From positions 224,001-288,000 of the forward strand of contig CAXMWX010000003.1 of the NCBI GenBank assembly GCA_963422205.2: DNA of 64,000 bases, given 5' to 3'. Below the pieces are notes generated by a model. That model was given only the letters and a program-made list of their open reading frames with translations, was not told the origin of the DNA and ran no database searches. This document shows positions 46,803-58,352 of the stretch, in pieces. The position numbers were made by a program, and so were the translations under genes. Within the stretch, counting starts at the first letter, position 1; every line of letters starts with the position of its first letter. Source of the DNA: Gammaproteobacteria bacterium. GTDB taxonomy: Bacteria; Pseudomonadota; Gammaproteobacteria; Eutrophobiales; Eutrophobiaceae.

Positions 46803-47612
46803 ATGAGCAGAATGACGACAATATTTGAGGGGCTGGGTCATGCCGGAAGAAAGGCCATGATCCCCTTCATCACCGTTGGCGACCCGGATGCCGACAGTAC
46901 CCTCGATATTATGCGGGGACTGGTCGCTAACGGGGCGGATGCTATCGAACTGGGCGTGCCGTTCTCTGATCCGGCGGCGGATGGGCCCATCATCCAGCGT
47001 GCCAGCGAACGGGCCCTGGCACAGGGTATTTCTCTCGCCGATGTCTTGCGGCTGGTGCAGGCATTTCGGCAGCAGAACGAGACGACCCCGGTGATCTTGA
47101 TGGGCTATCTAAACCCGGTTGAGATGATGGGGTATGAGCGTTTTGCTGAACAGGCGAAACAGCACGGTGTGGATGGCGTTTTGCTGGTGGATATGCCAGC
47201 AGAAGAGGCGGCGGAGTTGAACGGCATCCTGGCCAGGCACGGATTACATCAGATATTTCTTATATCCCCTACCACGACTGACAGCCGCTTTGAGTTGATA
47301 TTAAAATATGCCTCGGGGTTTGTTTACTATGTCGCTGTCAAAGGCGTCACGGGTAAACATAACATCGATATTCGCGAGATTAAAAACAAGATTGTCCGGC
47401 TGAAGCAATACACCACGCTGCCCATCGGTGTGGGTTTCGGGATCAGCGATGCCAGCGCTGCCGCTGCCGTAGCAGACTTCAGTGATGCCGTGATTATTGG
47501 CAGTGCATTGATCGAACACATCAACCATGCCGTTGAGCATGAGCAGGATATCCGGGCAGGCATTACCGCCTTTCTCACCCCCATACGCACAGCACTGGAT
47601 GAAGTGGCTTGA
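46803..47612 (+). CDS. trpA: tryptophan synthase alpha chain
   Basis: IELGVPFSDPAADGPIIQ, GVTG, VGFGI. Confidence 0.96.
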   Translation: MSRMTTIFEGLGHAGRKAMIPFITVGDPDADSTLDIMRGLVANGADAIELGVPFSDPAADGPIIQRASERALAQGISLADVLRLVQAFRQQNETTPVILMGYLNPVEMMGYERFAEQAKQHGVDGVLLVDMPAEEAAELNGILARHGLHQIFLISPTTTDSRFELILKYASGFVYYVAVKGVTGKHNIDIREIKNKIVRLKQYTTLPIGVGFGISDASAAAAVADFSDAVIIGSALIEHINHAVEHEQDIRAGITAFLTPIRTALDEVA

Positions 47613-47633
47613 ATACATACCCTCAGTTGGCCC

Positions 47634-48497
47634 ATGAGTTGGCTGAATAAACTGCTGCCGTCACGTATTAAAACGCATGGTGCGAGCCGCCGCACCGTGC
47701 CCGAAGGCGTCTGGACTAAATGTGCGGCCTGTAATGCGGTGTTATATCGTGCGGAGTTGACACGTAACCTGGAGGTATGCCCTAAGTGTGCACACCACAT
47801 GCACATTACTGCCCGGGTGCGTTTGCAGGCATTGCTGGATGAGCAGGACCGGGAAGAGTTGGCCGCTGATATCAAACCGCACGATAAATACAAATTCAAA
47901 GACAGCAAAAAATACCGCGACCGACTCTCGCAGGCGAGCAAAGCGACTGGTGAGACCGATGCCCTGGTTGTCTATAAAGGCCGCATCAAATCCATTCCCG
48001 CGGTCACATGCGCTTTTGAGTTTGACTTTATGGGCGGTTCAATGGGTTCAGTGGTGGGAGAGCGGTTTGCCGTGGCGGTCGATCATTGCCTTGAGGATGG
48101 TTTGCCGCTCGTTTGTTTTTCCGCCAGTGGTGGTGCCAGGATGCAAGAGGCGCTGATATCTCTGTTTCAAATGGCCAAGACCAGCGCCATGCTGGCCGAG
48201 CTTGACAGTCGCCGCTTACCGTATATTTCCGTGTTGACCGATCCGACCATGGGCGGTGTCTCGGCCAGTTTTGCCAGCCTGGGCGATATCAATATTGCCG
48301 AGCCCAATGCCTTGATTGGTTTTGCCGGGCCGCGTGTGATTGAACAAACCGTGCGGGAATCCCTGCCCGCGGGTTTTCAAAAAAGCGAGTTCTTACTTGC
48401 ACACGGTAACATTGATATGATTGTCGATAGAAGGGAGATGCGTGACAGCATTGCCTCATTGCTTGCCATCCTGTCCGGCAAATCTGTCGTGTATTAG
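47634..48497 (+). CDS. accD: acetyl-CoA carboxylase carboxyltransferase beta
   Basis: WTKC..C zinc finger, [18 protein letters not shown]. Confidence 0.97.
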   Translation: MSWLNKLLPSRIKTHGASRRTVPEGVWTKCAACNAVLYRAELTRNLEVCPKCAHHMHITARVRLQALLDEQDREELAADIKPHDKYKFKDSKKYRDRLSQASKATGETDALVVYKGRIKSIPAVTCAFEFDFMGGSMGSVVGERFAVAVDHCLEDGLPLVCFSASGGARMQEALISLFQMAKTSAMLAELDSRRLPYISVLTDPTMGGVSASFASLGDINIAEPNALIGFAGPRVIEQTVRESLPAGFQKSEFLLAHGNIDMIVDRREMRDSIASLLAILSGKSVVY

Positions 48498-48571
48498 GCG
48501 AGATATGGCGGTGATAATTTTTTTAACACGTTGCGTGATCAGAGATCGCTGAGGTATATATTGATCATCTT

Positions 48572-49870
48572 ATGAGTACCACAGCCAATACCATTATCCG
48601 CCCTGATATGCGTTTTACGTGCTTGCAGGACTGGTTGTGCTGGCAGGAAAGTCTGCATAATACAGCGATTAAGCTGGGGCTGGATCGTTGCCGGACGGTT
48701 GCCGAGCGCATGGGTTTGCTAAAGCCCGATTTTAAGATCATCAGTATATCGGGAACGAATGGCAAAGGCTCCAGTGCTGCCATGCTGGATAAGAGCCTGC
48801 GGCAGATGGGGTTTAAGGTGGGTACCTATACCTCGCCGCATTTATTAACCTACAATGAACGCATCAGTATCGATGACATTCATATTGATGATGACAGTCT
48901 GTGCCATACGTTTGAGCGCATAGACAGGCACCGTGGTGACATTTCCCTGACGTATTTTGAATTTGGCACCCTGGCGGCATTGGATATTTTCCACGCCGCC
49001 AGCATTGATATAGCGGTGATGGAGGTCGGCCTTGGCGGTCGCCTGGATGCGGTTAATATTCTGGATGCAGATATTGCTCTGGTGACGACTGTGGATTTCG
49101 ATCATGAGGTTTGGTTAGGTCATGACAGGGAGTCTATCGGGCGTGAGAAGGCCGGCATTTTTCGTCCTGGCCGTCTTGCTGTGTGTGCGGATCGAGACCC
49201 GCCATGCTCTATCGCTGAACACGCCAGGGATATCGGGGCAGAATTATACCGTGCTGGCATTGATTTTGATTTTTCAGTCAACCCGACGGATTGGTCGTGG
49301 CGAGGCCATGGCAAAGAATATACGCATCTGCCGCTGCCGGGCATAAACAGGCGACAGGTACAAAACGCCGCCGGGGTGTTGATGGTATTGACGCTGCTGT
49401 TGGAGAAATCCCCATTTAACAGCAGGGCAATATACACTGTCCTGCGGGATTTCAGGTTGGCTGGCCGCTTGCAAAGCATCCCCGGGGAGACCCCCTGCCT
49501 TCTTGATGTGGCGCATAATCCCCAGGCCGTGGCCGCACTGGTGGATCATGTTCAGGAAATTTCCGGCGCCGGCGCCAATCACCTGATTATCGGTATGTTG
49601 AAGGATAAAAATCATGCGGCGGTATTTACGCTGTTACAGCCGATAGCCGATCGCTGGTATGTGGCCGACATCAACAGCGACCGGGCGGCACCGGCAACCG
49701 AGCTGGCACAGGCACTTGCAGAATATGTGGAGACAGATAACATCAGCCTGTATCCGAATGTTGCCCTCGCCATCGCCCGGGCCCAGGCCAATGCCCGGCC
49801 CGGGGATAGAATTATCATCACCGGTTCGTTCGTGACAGTGGGTGCGGCGATTGAATATCTGGACAGTTGA
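48572..49870 (+). CDS. folC: folylpolyglutamate/dihydrofolate synthase
   Basis: GTNGKGS, YTSPHL, EVGLGGRLDAVN, DVAHNP. Confidence 0.96.
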   Translation: MSTTANTIIRPDMRFTCLQDWLCWQESLHNTAIKLGLDRCRTVAERMGLLKPDFKIISISGTNGKGSSAAMLDKSLRQMGFKVGTYTSPHLLTYNERISIDDIHIDDDSLCHTFERIDRHRGDISLTYFEFGTLAALDIFHAASIDIAVMEVGLGGRLDAVNILDADIALVTTVDFDHEVWLGHDRESIGREKAGIFRPGRLAVCADRDPPCSIAEHARDIGAELYRAGIDFDFSVNPTDWSWRGHGKEYTHLPLPGINRRQVQNAAGVLMVLTLLLEKSPFNSRAIYTVLRDFRLAGRLQSIPGETPCLLDVAHNPQAVAALVDHVQEISGAGANHLIIGMLKDKNHAAVFTLLQPIADRWYVADINSDRAAPATELAQALAEYVETDNISLYPNVALAIARAQANARPGDRIIITGSFVTVGAAIEYLDS

Positions 49871-50529
49871 TTGGCCTTATGTTGGACAGAAGATTAAAAG
49901 AAAGATTAGTCGGTGCGATAGTATTGGTGCTGTTGGCCGTCATCTTTATCCCGATGTTTTTGCAGGGTGAGCATGACGGGGAGGGGGGGATTACCGAGAC
50001 CAACATCCCTGCCAGATCCGAAGCAGAATTCAATTCCACACTGGTGCCTATCCCGGAGTTCACTGAACCGGTTGAAGTGCCGAAGAGAGAGGAGCCCGTA
50101 TCGGAATCCGTGCTCGCACTGCCGCCCCCGGAGGCGGTTGATGCTGCGAAGGTCGTTGATACCACGCCTGTTGAGAAGCCGGCCGCCGTTGTTGAGCCCG
50201 CGGTAGCACCGGTAGAACAACCCAAAAAGTCAACGCCAGGGCAGCCGGCTGAAAACCCCGCGCGCAATCTGCCTCAGGTAGACAAAGGCGTAACCGCCTG
50301 GGTGATCCAGGTGGGCAGTTTTGCCAACCGGGAGAATGCGGAGAAGCTGAATAAAAAATTACGTGACAGTGACTATCGCTCATTTGTGCAACCGGTTGAG
50401 AATGAGGACGGGGCCAAGGTGTACAAGGTGCGTGTCGGGCCGGAGATTTTGCGCTCCAGTGCCAGAAAATTAAAAGCCAGTCTGGCAGAGAAGATGTCCC
50501 TGCCCGGCATCATCATGAGTTATCCTTGA
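49867..50529 (+). CDS. dedD: SPOR domain cell division protein DedD
   Basis: ERLVGAIVLV.LAVIFIP, WVIQVGSF, VRVGP; synteny folC-dedD-cvpA-purF. Confidence 0.85.
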   Translation: MIGLMLDRRLKERLVGAIVLVLLAVIFIPMFLQGEHDGEGGITETNIPARSEAEFNSTLVPIPEFTEPVEVPKREEPVSESVLALPPPEAVDAAKVVDTTPVEKPAAVVEPAVAPVEQPKKSTPGQPAENPARNLPQVDKGVTAWVIQVGSFANRENAEKLNKKLRDSDYRSFVQPVENEDGAKVYKVRVGPEILRSSARKLKASLAEKMSLPGIIMSYP

Positions 50530-50572
50530 TGCTTTCTCTCTCTTCTGCGGGCAATGCCGGACAGCACACAGA

Positions 50573-51070
50573 ATGAATGGTCTGGATATTGGTATACTTG
50601 TATGTTTGTTTCTGTCGGCGCTGACCGGGGTTATTTACGGGTTTTTAAATATCGTGTTCTCCATCATTGCCTGGGCCTGTGCTCTCGGTGTTGCCGTGAA
50701 GGCCAGTGTCTATATCGCCCCGCTGCTGGAGAATCATGTCGAGTCCCTCTTGCTGCGTGACATGCTGGCCTTTGTCGGTTTATTCATTGTCAGCTTGATG
50801 TTGCTGACGGCGATCGGTTATTGCATTGCGAGGTTGTTTGGCCGGGGCGAACTCACGGTGACAGACAGAATCCTCGGCTTTGGCCTGGGTCTTGGTCTTG
50901 GTGGCACCATTGTCGTTGTGCTCGTCTTTCTCGCCGGCTTTACTGCCATATCAAGCACAGCCTGGTGGCAGCGGTCTTTACTGGTTGAACCGTTTCAGCA
51001 TATAGCGGTCTGGGGCAGTCAGTTTTTGCCAGCCGATGTTGCAGCCTATCATCGCTATGGCTCGGAATAA
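50573..51070 (+). CDS. cvpA: CvpA family membrane protein
   Basis: MNGLDI..., DRILG, WW..S.L; synteny. Confidence 0.85.
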   Translation: MNGLDIGILVCLFLSALTGVIYGFLNIVFSIIAWACALGVAVKASVYIAPLLENHVESLLLRDMLAFVGLFIVSLMLLTAIGYCIARLFGRGELTVTDRILGFGLGLGLGGTIVVVLVFLAGFTAISSTAWWQRSLLVEPFQHIAVWGSQFLPADVAAYHRYGSE

Positions 51071-51092
51071 CTGACACAGGTGTGTCCCTACC

Positions 51093-52610
51093 GTGTGCGG
51101 CATCGTCGGCATCGTCGCTGAACATCAGGTAAACCAGGCGATTTTTGATGGCTTGACCCTCTTGCAGCATCGAGGCCAGGATGCCGCCGGCATGGTTACC
51201 TGTGATGGTTTGCGACTTTATTTGCGTAAGAATAACGGCCTGGTCAGGGATGTGTTCCATACCAGGCACATGTTAAATCTTAAAGGGTCGATGGGCATTG
51301 GTCATGTCCGTTACCCCACGGCCGGTACGGCATCCTCTGCCGAAGCGCAGCCTTTTTATGTCAATTCGCCTTACGGGATTACGCTGGCGCATAATGGCAA
51401 TCTTATCAATGGCGAGCAGTTGAAAGATGATCTGGGCCAGAAGGATTTACGCCATATCAATACGGAATCCGATTCTGAGGTGTTGTTGAATATTTTTGCT
51501 TATGAGTTACAGCGTCTGGGCAAGAGGCGTAATGAGCTGATAGCAAATGATATTTTCCGTGCCATAGAACGGCTGCACAAACGCTGCGAGGGGGGGTATG
51601 CCGCCGTTGCCATGATTACCGGTGTCGGCATCGTTGGCTTTCGCGATCCTCATGGCATCCGGCCGGTTGCCTTTGGTGAACGGGTAGCAGCGATGGGTAA
51701 AGACTATATCATCGCCTCGGAAAGTGTCGCCATAGATGCGCTGGGTTTTACCTTCCTCGGCGACATCAGGCCGGGTGAGGCGGTGTTCATCAGCGTGGCA
51801 GGTGAATTACAAAGACAACAATGTGCCGCTGATCCTGTTTGCTCGCCGTGTCTGTTTGAGCATGTCTATCTTGCTCGCCCGGATTCTGTGATTGATAAAA
51901 TTTCAGTTTACAAAACCCGCTTGCGTATGGGTGAGGCACTGGCCAGGAAAATCCTGCGGCTAAAGCCTAAGCACGATATTGATGTGGTCATTCCCATCCC
52001 CGATACCGGCAGGACTTCCGCGCTGCCTTTGTCTTATGAGTTGGGCGTGAAATATCGGGAAGGCTTTATCAAAAACCGTTATATTCCCCGGACATTTATT
52101 ATGCCGGGGCAGAGCATACGGGCAAAATCTGTCAGGCAAAAACTCAATGCCATTGGCTTGGAATTTAAAGGCAAGAACGTGTTGCTGGTTGATGATTCTA
52201 TTGTTCGTGGTACGACCTCGCAGGAGATCATTCAAATGGCACGTGAGGCCGGTGCGAGCAAGGTCTATTTTGCCTCGGCGGCCCCGCCGGTTTTGTATCC
52301 GAACGTATACGGCATTGATATTCCCTCGCCGAATGAGCTGATCGCTCATGGTCAGAGCGAAGATAAGATTTGTCGGGCCATCGGGGCCGACTGGCTGGTG
52401 TATCAGGATGTGGCTGATCTGGTGGCTGCCGCCCGTGCAGGCAATCCGGAAATTCCGTGTTTTGATGTTTCCTGTTTTACCGGCGAGTATGTCACAGGGA
52501 ATGTCAGCGAGGAGTATCTTGATTATATCTCTGGCTTGCGCTGCGATTCGACCAGAGAGCGAGATGAAACAGCGGCGGAATCCCTGGTCGATCTGGCGAA
52601 TGCCGAATAG
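51093..52610 (+). CDS. purF: amidophosphoribosyltransferase
   Basis: [24 protein letters not shown]. Confidence 0.97.
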   Translation: MCGIVGIVAEHQVNQAIFDGLTLLQHRGQDAAGMVTCDGLRLYLRKNNGLVRDVFHTRHMLNLKGSMGIGHVRYPTAGTASSAEAQPFYVNSPYGITLAHNGNLINGEQLKDDLGQKDLRHINTESDSEVLLNIFAYELQRLGKRRNELIANDIFRAIERLHKRCEGGYAAVAMITGVGIVGFRDPHGIRPVAFGERVAAMGKDYIIASESVAIDALGFTFLGDIRPGEAVFISVAGELQRQQCAADPVCSPCLFEHVYLARPDSVIDKISVYKTRLRMGEALARKILRLKPKHDIDVVIPIPDTGRTSALPLSYELGVKYREGFIKNRYIPRTFIMPGQSIRAKSVRQKLNAIGLEFKGKNVLLVDDSIVRGTTSQEIIQMAREAGASKVYFASAAPPVLYPNVYGIDIPSPNELIAHGQSEDKICRAIGADWLVYQDVADLVAAARAGNPEIPCFDVSCFTGEYVTGNVSEEYLDYISGLRCDSTRERDETAAESLVDLANAE

Positions 52611-52635
52611 CATGACCTGATAGCGGGGCAATTTC

Positions 52636-53112
52636 CTATTTATCTTCCGAGTCTTTATCCTTGGAAGAGAATCCAGCCGCCTTAAAAAAATTATTCTGCA
52701 TCTGCTGCCACATCTTCAGGTTCTGCTCGGTTAATTCCGACATCTTCTCCAGGGGATTACTCTTCATGGCATCCTGGAAGTTTTGCTGCAATGTCCGTTG
52801 TTGATCGGCAAAAAAGTTCATGCTTTTTTCCAGGTAATCGCTCAAGGCTGATTGATAGGAATGGCCGTAATAACGTATGAGCTGTGCGAGCATGGCTGTC
52901 TTGAATATCGGCTGTCCATCATGCTCCTGCTCGGCGATGATCTGTAACAGGATGCTGCGGGTCAAGTCTTCTTCTGTTTTGACATCTTTCACGCAAAACT
53001 CAACACCATCCAGCACCAGTTTTTTCACATCATCCAGCGTGATGTATTTGCTTATTTGCGTATCGTATAACCGGCGGTTCGGATATTTTTTGATGATACG
53101 TTTAGCGGACAT
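52636..53112 (-). CDS. phaR: polyhydroxyalkanoate synthesis repressor PhaR
   Basis: IIKKYPNRRLYDT..SKYITL, EDLTRSILLQII. Confidence 0.93.
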   Translation of the reverse strand: MSAKRIIKKYPNRRLYDTQISKYITLDDVKKLVLDGVEFCVKDVKTEEDLTRSILLQIIAEQEHDGQPIFKTAMLAQLIRYYGHSYQSALSDYLEKSMNFFADQQRTLQQNFQDAMKSNPLEKMSELTEQNLKMWQQMQNNFFKAAGFSSKDKDSEDK

Positions 53113-53130
53113 GCGTGTGCGCCCCCGGCG

Positions 53131-54309
53131 TCATCTTTCCACCGCCAGGGCAACACCCTGACCGCCGCCTATACATAAGGTGGCCAGGCCCTTATGTGCA
53201 TCACGGCGCTGCATGGCATGTAACAGCGTGACCAACACCCGGCACCCGGAGGCACCGATGGGGTGGCCGAGGGCAATCGCCCCTCCATGCACATTGACCT
53301 TATCGGTATCCAGGCCCAGCTCGCGATTAACGGCGATGGCCTGTGCAGCGAAGGCTTCATTGGCCTCGATCAGATCCAGCTCATCTACCTGCCAGCCCGC
53401 CTTGTCCAGGCATTTCTGCGTTGCCGGGATGGGGCCGGTGCCCATGATCTGCGGATCAACGCCAGCGCTGGCGCAGGCTTTTATCCTCGCCAGGACCGGC
53501 AGGTTCAAGGCCTTGGCCTTGGCCTCGGACATCACGATAACCGCCGCCGCGCCGTCATTCAGACCGGAGGCATTCGCCGCCGTCACACTGCCCTGCCGGT
53601 CAAAGGCCGGCCGCAATTTGGCGATGCTGTCCTTGGTGACGCCTTGTTTGGGGTACTCATCCCGATCAAAAATAACCGGCTCGCCTTTTCTCTGGGCAAT
53701 AGAAACCGGGATAATTTCTGCATTAAACACCCCACTGTCCTGTGCGCTCTCGGCTTTTTGCTGTGAGGCGGCGGCAAATCCATCCTGCTCTTCGCGAGCA
53801 ATGGAGAATTTACTGGCGATATTCTCGGCGGTGATCCCCATGTGGTAGTCATTGAAGGCATCCCAGAGACCATCGATGATCATGGTATCCTGCAAGGCCC
53901 AGTCGCCCATTTTGACACCCGCACGTGATTTGGGTAACACATGTGGGGCCGCGCTCATATTCTCCTGGCCGCCAGCGATCACAATATCGGCATCACCGCA
54001 CTTGATGGCCTGGGCGGCAAGCTGTACGGCTTTTAAGCCACTGCCGCACACCTTGTTAATGGTCATGCTCGGCACAGCATGGGGCAGCCCGGCGGCTATG
54101 GCGGCCTGACGTGCCGGGTTCTGGCCGCTGCCGGCGGTCAGCACCTGCCCCATGATCACCTCATCAACATGGTCAGGCGCAATAGCGGTTTTATCCAGCA
54201 GCCCTTGTATCACGGTTGCCCCCAGGGTGTGCGCCGGGATAGCGGCAAGCGAGCCGCCAAAAGCACCGATCGCCGTTCTGCCAGCGGCAACTATTACCGG
54301 ATTTGACAT
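53131..54309 (-). CDS. phaA: acetyl-CoA C-acetyltransferase (PhaA-type thiolase)
   Basis: [31 protein letters not shown]; upstream of phaR. Confidence 0.9.
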   Translation of the reverse strand: MSNPVIVAAGRTAIGAFGGSLAAIPAHTLGATVIQGLLDKTAIAPDHVDEVIMGQVLTAGSGQNPARQAAIAAGLPHAVPSMTINKVCGSGLKAVQLAAQAIKCGDADIVIAGGQENMSAAPHVLPKSRAGVKMGDWALQDTMIIDGLWDAFNDYHMGITAENIASKFSIAREEQDGFAAASQQKAESAQDSGVFNAEIIPVSIAQRKGEPVIFDRDEYPKQGVTKDSIAKLRPAFDRQGSVTAANASGLNDGAAAVIVMSEAKAKALNLPVLARIKACASAGVDPQIMGTGPIPATQKCLDKAGWQVDELDLIEANEAFAAQAIAVNRELGLDTDKVNVHGGAIALGHPIGASGCRVLVTLLHAMQRRDAHKGLATLCIGGGQGVALAVER

Positions 54310-54584
54310 AGATAGCTCCTTGAAAAATAAGTGTTTTTAACGCTCTGTTGTACCTCGGCGAGAAAGCCAGATGCCGTACAAAGGTATTGTTGCAGTGTAA
54401 CAAAATCTGCACGGAGAGGCCAGTTTTATCACGTTTTCAAGCATGCCAATCCATACTGACACGCTGCATTAACAGTGATTTAAGGTGAGAAATTAAGCCG
54501 AACTGTTGCATCTGATTGGGACATATTTACCCAACATATTATTGATCCCACTTATTATCAAAGACCCTTAACCAAATAAAGCGT

Positions 54585-54610
54585 TACGTATAGTCTGTAG
54601 ATATATAGTA
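54585..54610 (+). promoter_or_regulatory. double C-box operator for the R-M controller
   Basis: TACGTATAGTC-TGTA-GATATATAGTA, 17 nt before the C-protein ATG; resembles PvuII-type GACTnnnAGTC-TGTA-GACTnnnAGTC. Confidence 0.7.
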
Positions 54611-54627
54611 TTCAAATAAATACGATC

Positions 54628-54852
54628 ATGCCCATGAACATAACTCATTCATTCGGGGCAAGGCTCCAGAAAATTAGAAAAGAAAAAGGGCTTTCGCAAG
54701 AAAAACTTGCGGAACTTTCAGGTCTTCATAGAACTTATATCAGTTCTTTAGAGCGAGGCTCAAGAAATCCCACGCTTACTACTATGCACACAATTGCTCA
54801 TGCCTTGAATATTAAAATTTCATTTTTGGTTACTGACACTGCAAATGAGTAA
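54628..54852 (+). CDS. R-M controller (C) protein, XRE HTH
   Basis: FGARLQKIRKEKGLSQEKLAELSGLHRTYISSLERGSRNPTL. Confidence 0.88.
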   Translation: MPMNITHSFGARLQKIRKEKGLSQEKLAELSGLHRTYISSLERGSRNPTLTTMHTIAHALNIKISFLVTDTANE

Positions 54853-55582
54853 TATTTTTTCTAACAAGAAGCAGCTTTCAAACATATCAAATATTTTAAT
54901 TGGCTATCTAAAATTACCATTTTCTGGTGACACGATTCCAGGTTCTTTGATGGAATCGGTTATTGCGTCAGTAAGAGGTGGCGAGGTATTAAATACGTAT
55001 GACTTTGTTGATGTAGTTAATCGAAGTCAGAAAGTTGGATGGCAAGTAAAGTCCACAAAAGATTCAACGCCGGTAACGTGGAAAAGAGCAAAAATTCCGA
55101 ATTCACTTCAGTTGATAGAAGGTTCGAGGAAAAGTGAGAAAGGATTACAGAATCTTGGGGATTCGATCATTAAATTTTGCAATGACCATGCGATTGAGAG
55201 CTTTGATACGTATGGACTGAATGAAATTGGTTTTTCCAGGTTGATTGTTCACAAAAATGGAACCTTAACTTATTTTGAAAAAATCCTTTGCACCAAAGAA
55301 TCTCCTAAAATATTCAACGAAGAAGACTTTGAATGGAAATGGTCAGTACCGAAAAAAACCAGAAAGAAAGAACAGCTACCTGCACTGCATGGTATTCACA
55401 AAAAGAGTCAAAAAAAGTGGTTTGCATGGCATGGGCTAGGAGAAAATCAACTGCATTTTAGTGGTGAAAAAGAGTGGTGGCCTAGCGATTCAAAAAACAA
55501 AATTGAATTTGCTTTTCCAAGCAAACGATTAAGTCAGACTGAATTGATGAAGCTTTTGAGTCAAATTTCTTCAATCACTTAA
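54845..55582 (+). CDS. putative type II restriction endonuclease
   Basis: Coupled to C gene and convergent with a C5 MTase; DFVDV...GWQVKS resembles PD-(D/E/Q)xK; low GC. Confidence 0.7.
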   Translation: MSNIFSNKKQLSNISNILIGYLKLPFSGDTIPGSLMESVIASVRGGEVLNTYDFVDVVNRSQKVGWQVKSTKDSTPVTWKRAKIPNSLQLIEGSRKSEKGLQNLGDSIIKFCNDHAIESFDTYGLNEIGFSRLIVHKNGTLTYFEKILCTKESPKIFNEEDFEWKWSVPKKTRKKEQLPALHGIHKKSQKKWFAWHGLGENQLHFSGEKEWWPSDSKNKIEFAFPSKRLSQTELMKLLSQISSIT

Positions 55583-56695
55583 AAAAACTTCACCCATAAT
55601 TTTACCCAGCAATGGCGGGACAGAATTCCCCAGCTGCCCTGCTTGCTGGGTATAACTGCCAACAAACTTAAAACAATCCTTAAAACTATGCAGCCTGGCT
55701 GCTTCTCTAATAGTTATCAGTCTTAAATCTAAAGGGTGTCCCCATCTTCCAGAACCTGCATGAAAGACCCATCTGGTGATGGTTGGCATAACCATCTCTT
55801 TGGTTAATCGACCGTATGCACCGCTATATCCGCCTTTGGGTCTTAAATGATCAGGCAGGTCTTTAATTCCTTGTCCTGGCTGTAACGAAGAAATTCTCTC
55901 ATATTGAGCAGGTTTTAGCGTTTTTGCCACATGGTTGTAAGTTTGTGTACAGCCATTTCTGATGAATTCTTGGTATTCATTTTGTGGGTCGGTGTAATAG
56001 CAATCAGGGCTTGTGCCTTCTCCATGTTTTAAAGGTCTCAGGTCACTAATTGCATCCCACACAGTGATATGATATTTTTTCAAGCTGAACAAATCATTCG
56101 AAGCCTCTTTAGCATGTGTTTCGCTAGGCTTTCTGGGGGCAACTCCATCTCTACGTGCCATAAAAAATGCACGATGCCTTCTTTGTGGTACCCCATAATC
56201 AGCAGCATTATGAACACCGTGAATGACTTGATAGCCAGCATTAGTGAGTCGCTCAACAATTTTATCCGTATAATGCTGCCCGAATCCATTTCTCATTTCT
56301 GCTACATTTTCCATCAGCACCCACTTGGGTAATATCGTCTCGCAATGTTCCAGAAATGTTTTTACCAATGTATTGTTTTCACTATCTAATTGCCTTTGTG
56401 AGCGTGGCACATTCTTTGAAAACCCTTGGCAAGGCGACCCGCCGGCCAACAAATCAAGTTCGCCAACTTTTAATTTAAATTTCGATAGAAGTTCCAAAGA
56501 GTCTACTTTTGAGACATCGGCACAAAATGGAAGAGCGCCCGGAAAATTTTCAGTAAATGTTTGTATGTAATTTGGTTCAATATCTATGCCTGCCAATACG
56601 TCAAATCCGGCATCTCTAAGTCCAGCGGACAGCCCGCCACAACCGCAAAATAAGTCAATAGCTTTCAAAACAAAATCCAAGGTTGAGTTAAGCAA
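55571..56695 (-). CDS. DNA (cytosine-5)-methyltransferase
   Basis: DLFCGCGG, GGSPCQGFS, MENV, YGVPQRRHR, REAARL, QLGNSVPP. Confidence 0.95.
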   Translation of the reverse strand: MLNSTLDFVLKAIDLFCGCGGLSAGLRDAGFDVLAGIDIEPNYIQTFTENFPGALPFCADVSKVDSLELLSKFKLKVGELDLLAGGSPCQGFSKNVPRSQRQLDSENNTLVKTFLEHCETILPKWVLMENVAEMRNGFGQHYTDKIVERLTNAGYQVIHGVHNAADYGVPQRRHRAFFMARRDGVAPRKPSETHAKEASNDLFSLKKYHITVWDAISDLRPLKHGEGTSPDCYYTDPQNEYQEFIRNGCTQTYNHVAKTLKPAQYERISSLQPGQGIKDLPDHLRPKGGYSGAYGRLTKEMVMPTITRWVFHAGSGRWGHPLDLRLITIREAARLHSFKDCFKFVGSYTQQAGQLGNSVPPLLGKIMGEVFLSD

Positions 56696-56829
56696 TAATG
56701 TTACATATAGTATTCATTTTATTGGATGTGTCAAGCCTTAAACCAGTATATGCTGTCTGGCTGTTTTTCCACTGTGCCCCAAACCAGCCGTGCAGGCGTT
56801 ACATGTAAAAGGAAGGGTCCCAGGAAGGT

Positions 56830-56941
56830 ATCCGAAAAGAGACCGGGGTTTCGCTTTAATCATTGCCGTGATAACCTACATCAGATTATTTTGACAATGT
56901 TTCGTGAGAAGCCAATTTAATCACTTAAGTTCCTAAGGGCC
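56830..56941 (+). mobile_element. IS1595-family 3' remnant with right inverted repeat
   Basis: FRFNHCRDNLHQIILTMFREKPI* then CTTAAGTTCCTAAGGGCC, paralogous to 59555-59690. Confidence 0.7.
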
Positions 56942-56969
56942 TTGAAAATATAAAATCGGGAGACAAACA

Positions 56970-58352
56970 ATGAAAAACGACTTTAAACGCGTTTTCAAAT
57001 GCCCTCCATGGGAGCCAGACAATCTAGATGAGGATGCTGTCAAAGACTTTACGAATAATGGAATGATTGATCCGAATGCTGGTCCCCCAACGCCTGCAAC
57101 TGCAAATCAGGGATCAATACCCGCTGGCTATACCTATTTCGGGCAATTTGTTGATCATGACCTGACCTTTGACCAGACCGCCCTTGAAAATGCAGGGCAG
57201 GAGACCAGGCACGGCAGTATCCGAAATCACAGAACGCCTGTCCTTGATCTTGATAGTGTCTACGCCGGGGTAATTACAGATCACCTGTTTGTTTTTGAAG
57301 AAGGAGATTTTTCTGATTTGCCGAGGAGACAAGACGAGACAGCAATAATCGGTGATCCTAGAAATGATGAAAATGCCATTATTGCACAGCTTCATCTGGC
57401 CTTTATGCGGGCTCATAACACCCTCATGTCCCGTCTTGCAGGTGATCGCGGCATTGCCTTTGCCAAGTCACGACGCATTCTGACATGGCTGTATCAGTGG
57501 ATTGTGGTCAATGACTTCCTGCCCAGAATTATTCACGACGATGTATATGACTTGGCTTTCGTGTCAAGCGGCAAAACAGGCGGAAATATCAAATTCAATG
57601 TGACGAAATCAGAAATTCCCTTTGAGTTTGCCTTCGCAGCCTATCGCTTTGGGCATTCAATGGTACGCGACAGCTATCAGACCAACAATTTCTCTGGATT
57701 TAATGCAGGGTTTAATACATTCATCAGGATATTTGATGCTGCATCGCAGGATGATTTACGGGGTGGCAGAGTTCTGACCAAACGTCGCATTATTCAATGG
57801 GACTGGTTTCTTGAAATGGGAAATACAGGCCCTTTCCCGCAGAAAGCCATGCCGATTGACACAAAACTGGTCAGGGCCTTAAGTGAATTGCAGGAACACC
57901 CTATTCCCGGTCAAATTGATAATATCCTGGCAACACGCAATATTCTGCGTGGTATACGCGTTGGTGTCCCCGATGCAGGGTGCGTTGTGACAGAAGTAGG
58001 AAAATTCTTGCACGTAACTGGCGTTGCAGTACCTGCTTTTGCGACTATTTCCGCCGGAACTACAGGCATTACTAGGGAAATGCATCATTCCCTATGGTAC
58101 TACATCCTCAAAGAAGCAGAAGTACAGGGTAATGGTAAACTGGGGGTTGTTGGCTCGACAATTCTTGCCTTTACTTTTCTCTGGGTACTAAGGAACACAG
58201 AAAATTCCTACTTCAATCTTGAGCCCGGCTGGAAACCAGACAATGATCTTCAAAAAAACGGCGGACCTTTAATTGCAGATGATGATAACCGGGATGATCC
58301 AAACTGGTCACTCGCCAGCATCATCAGGCTTTCCGGCTTACGAGTTACTTGA
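56970..58352 (+). CDS. heme peroxidase (peroxidase-cyclooxygenase / animal heme peroxidase superfamily)
   Basis: TYFGQFVDHDLT, LDLDSVY, GDPRNDEN, AAYRFGHSMVR, LWYYILKEAE. Confidence 0.85.
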   Translation: MKNDFKRVFKCPPWEPDNLDEDAVKDFTNNGMIDPNAGPPTPATANQGSIPAGYTYFGQFVDHDLTFDQTALENAGQETRHGSIRNHRTPVLDLDSVYAGVITDHLFVFEEGDFSDLPRRQDETAIIGDPRNDENAIIAQLHLAFMRAHNTLMSRLAGDRGIAFAKSRRILTWLYQWIVVNDFLPRIIHDDVYDLAFVSSGKTGGNIKFNVTKSEIPFEFAFAAYRFGHSMVRDSYQTNNFSGFNAGFNTFIRIFDAASQDDLRGGRVLTKRRIIQWDWFLEMGNTGPFPQKAMPIDTKLVRALSELQEHPIPGQIDNILATRNILRGIRVGVPDAGCVVTEVGKFLHVTGVAVPAFATISAGTTGITREMHHSLWYYILKEAEVQGNGKLGVVGSTILAFTFLWVLRNTENSYFNLEPGWKPDNDLQKNGGPLIADDDNRDDPNWSLASIIRLSGLRVT

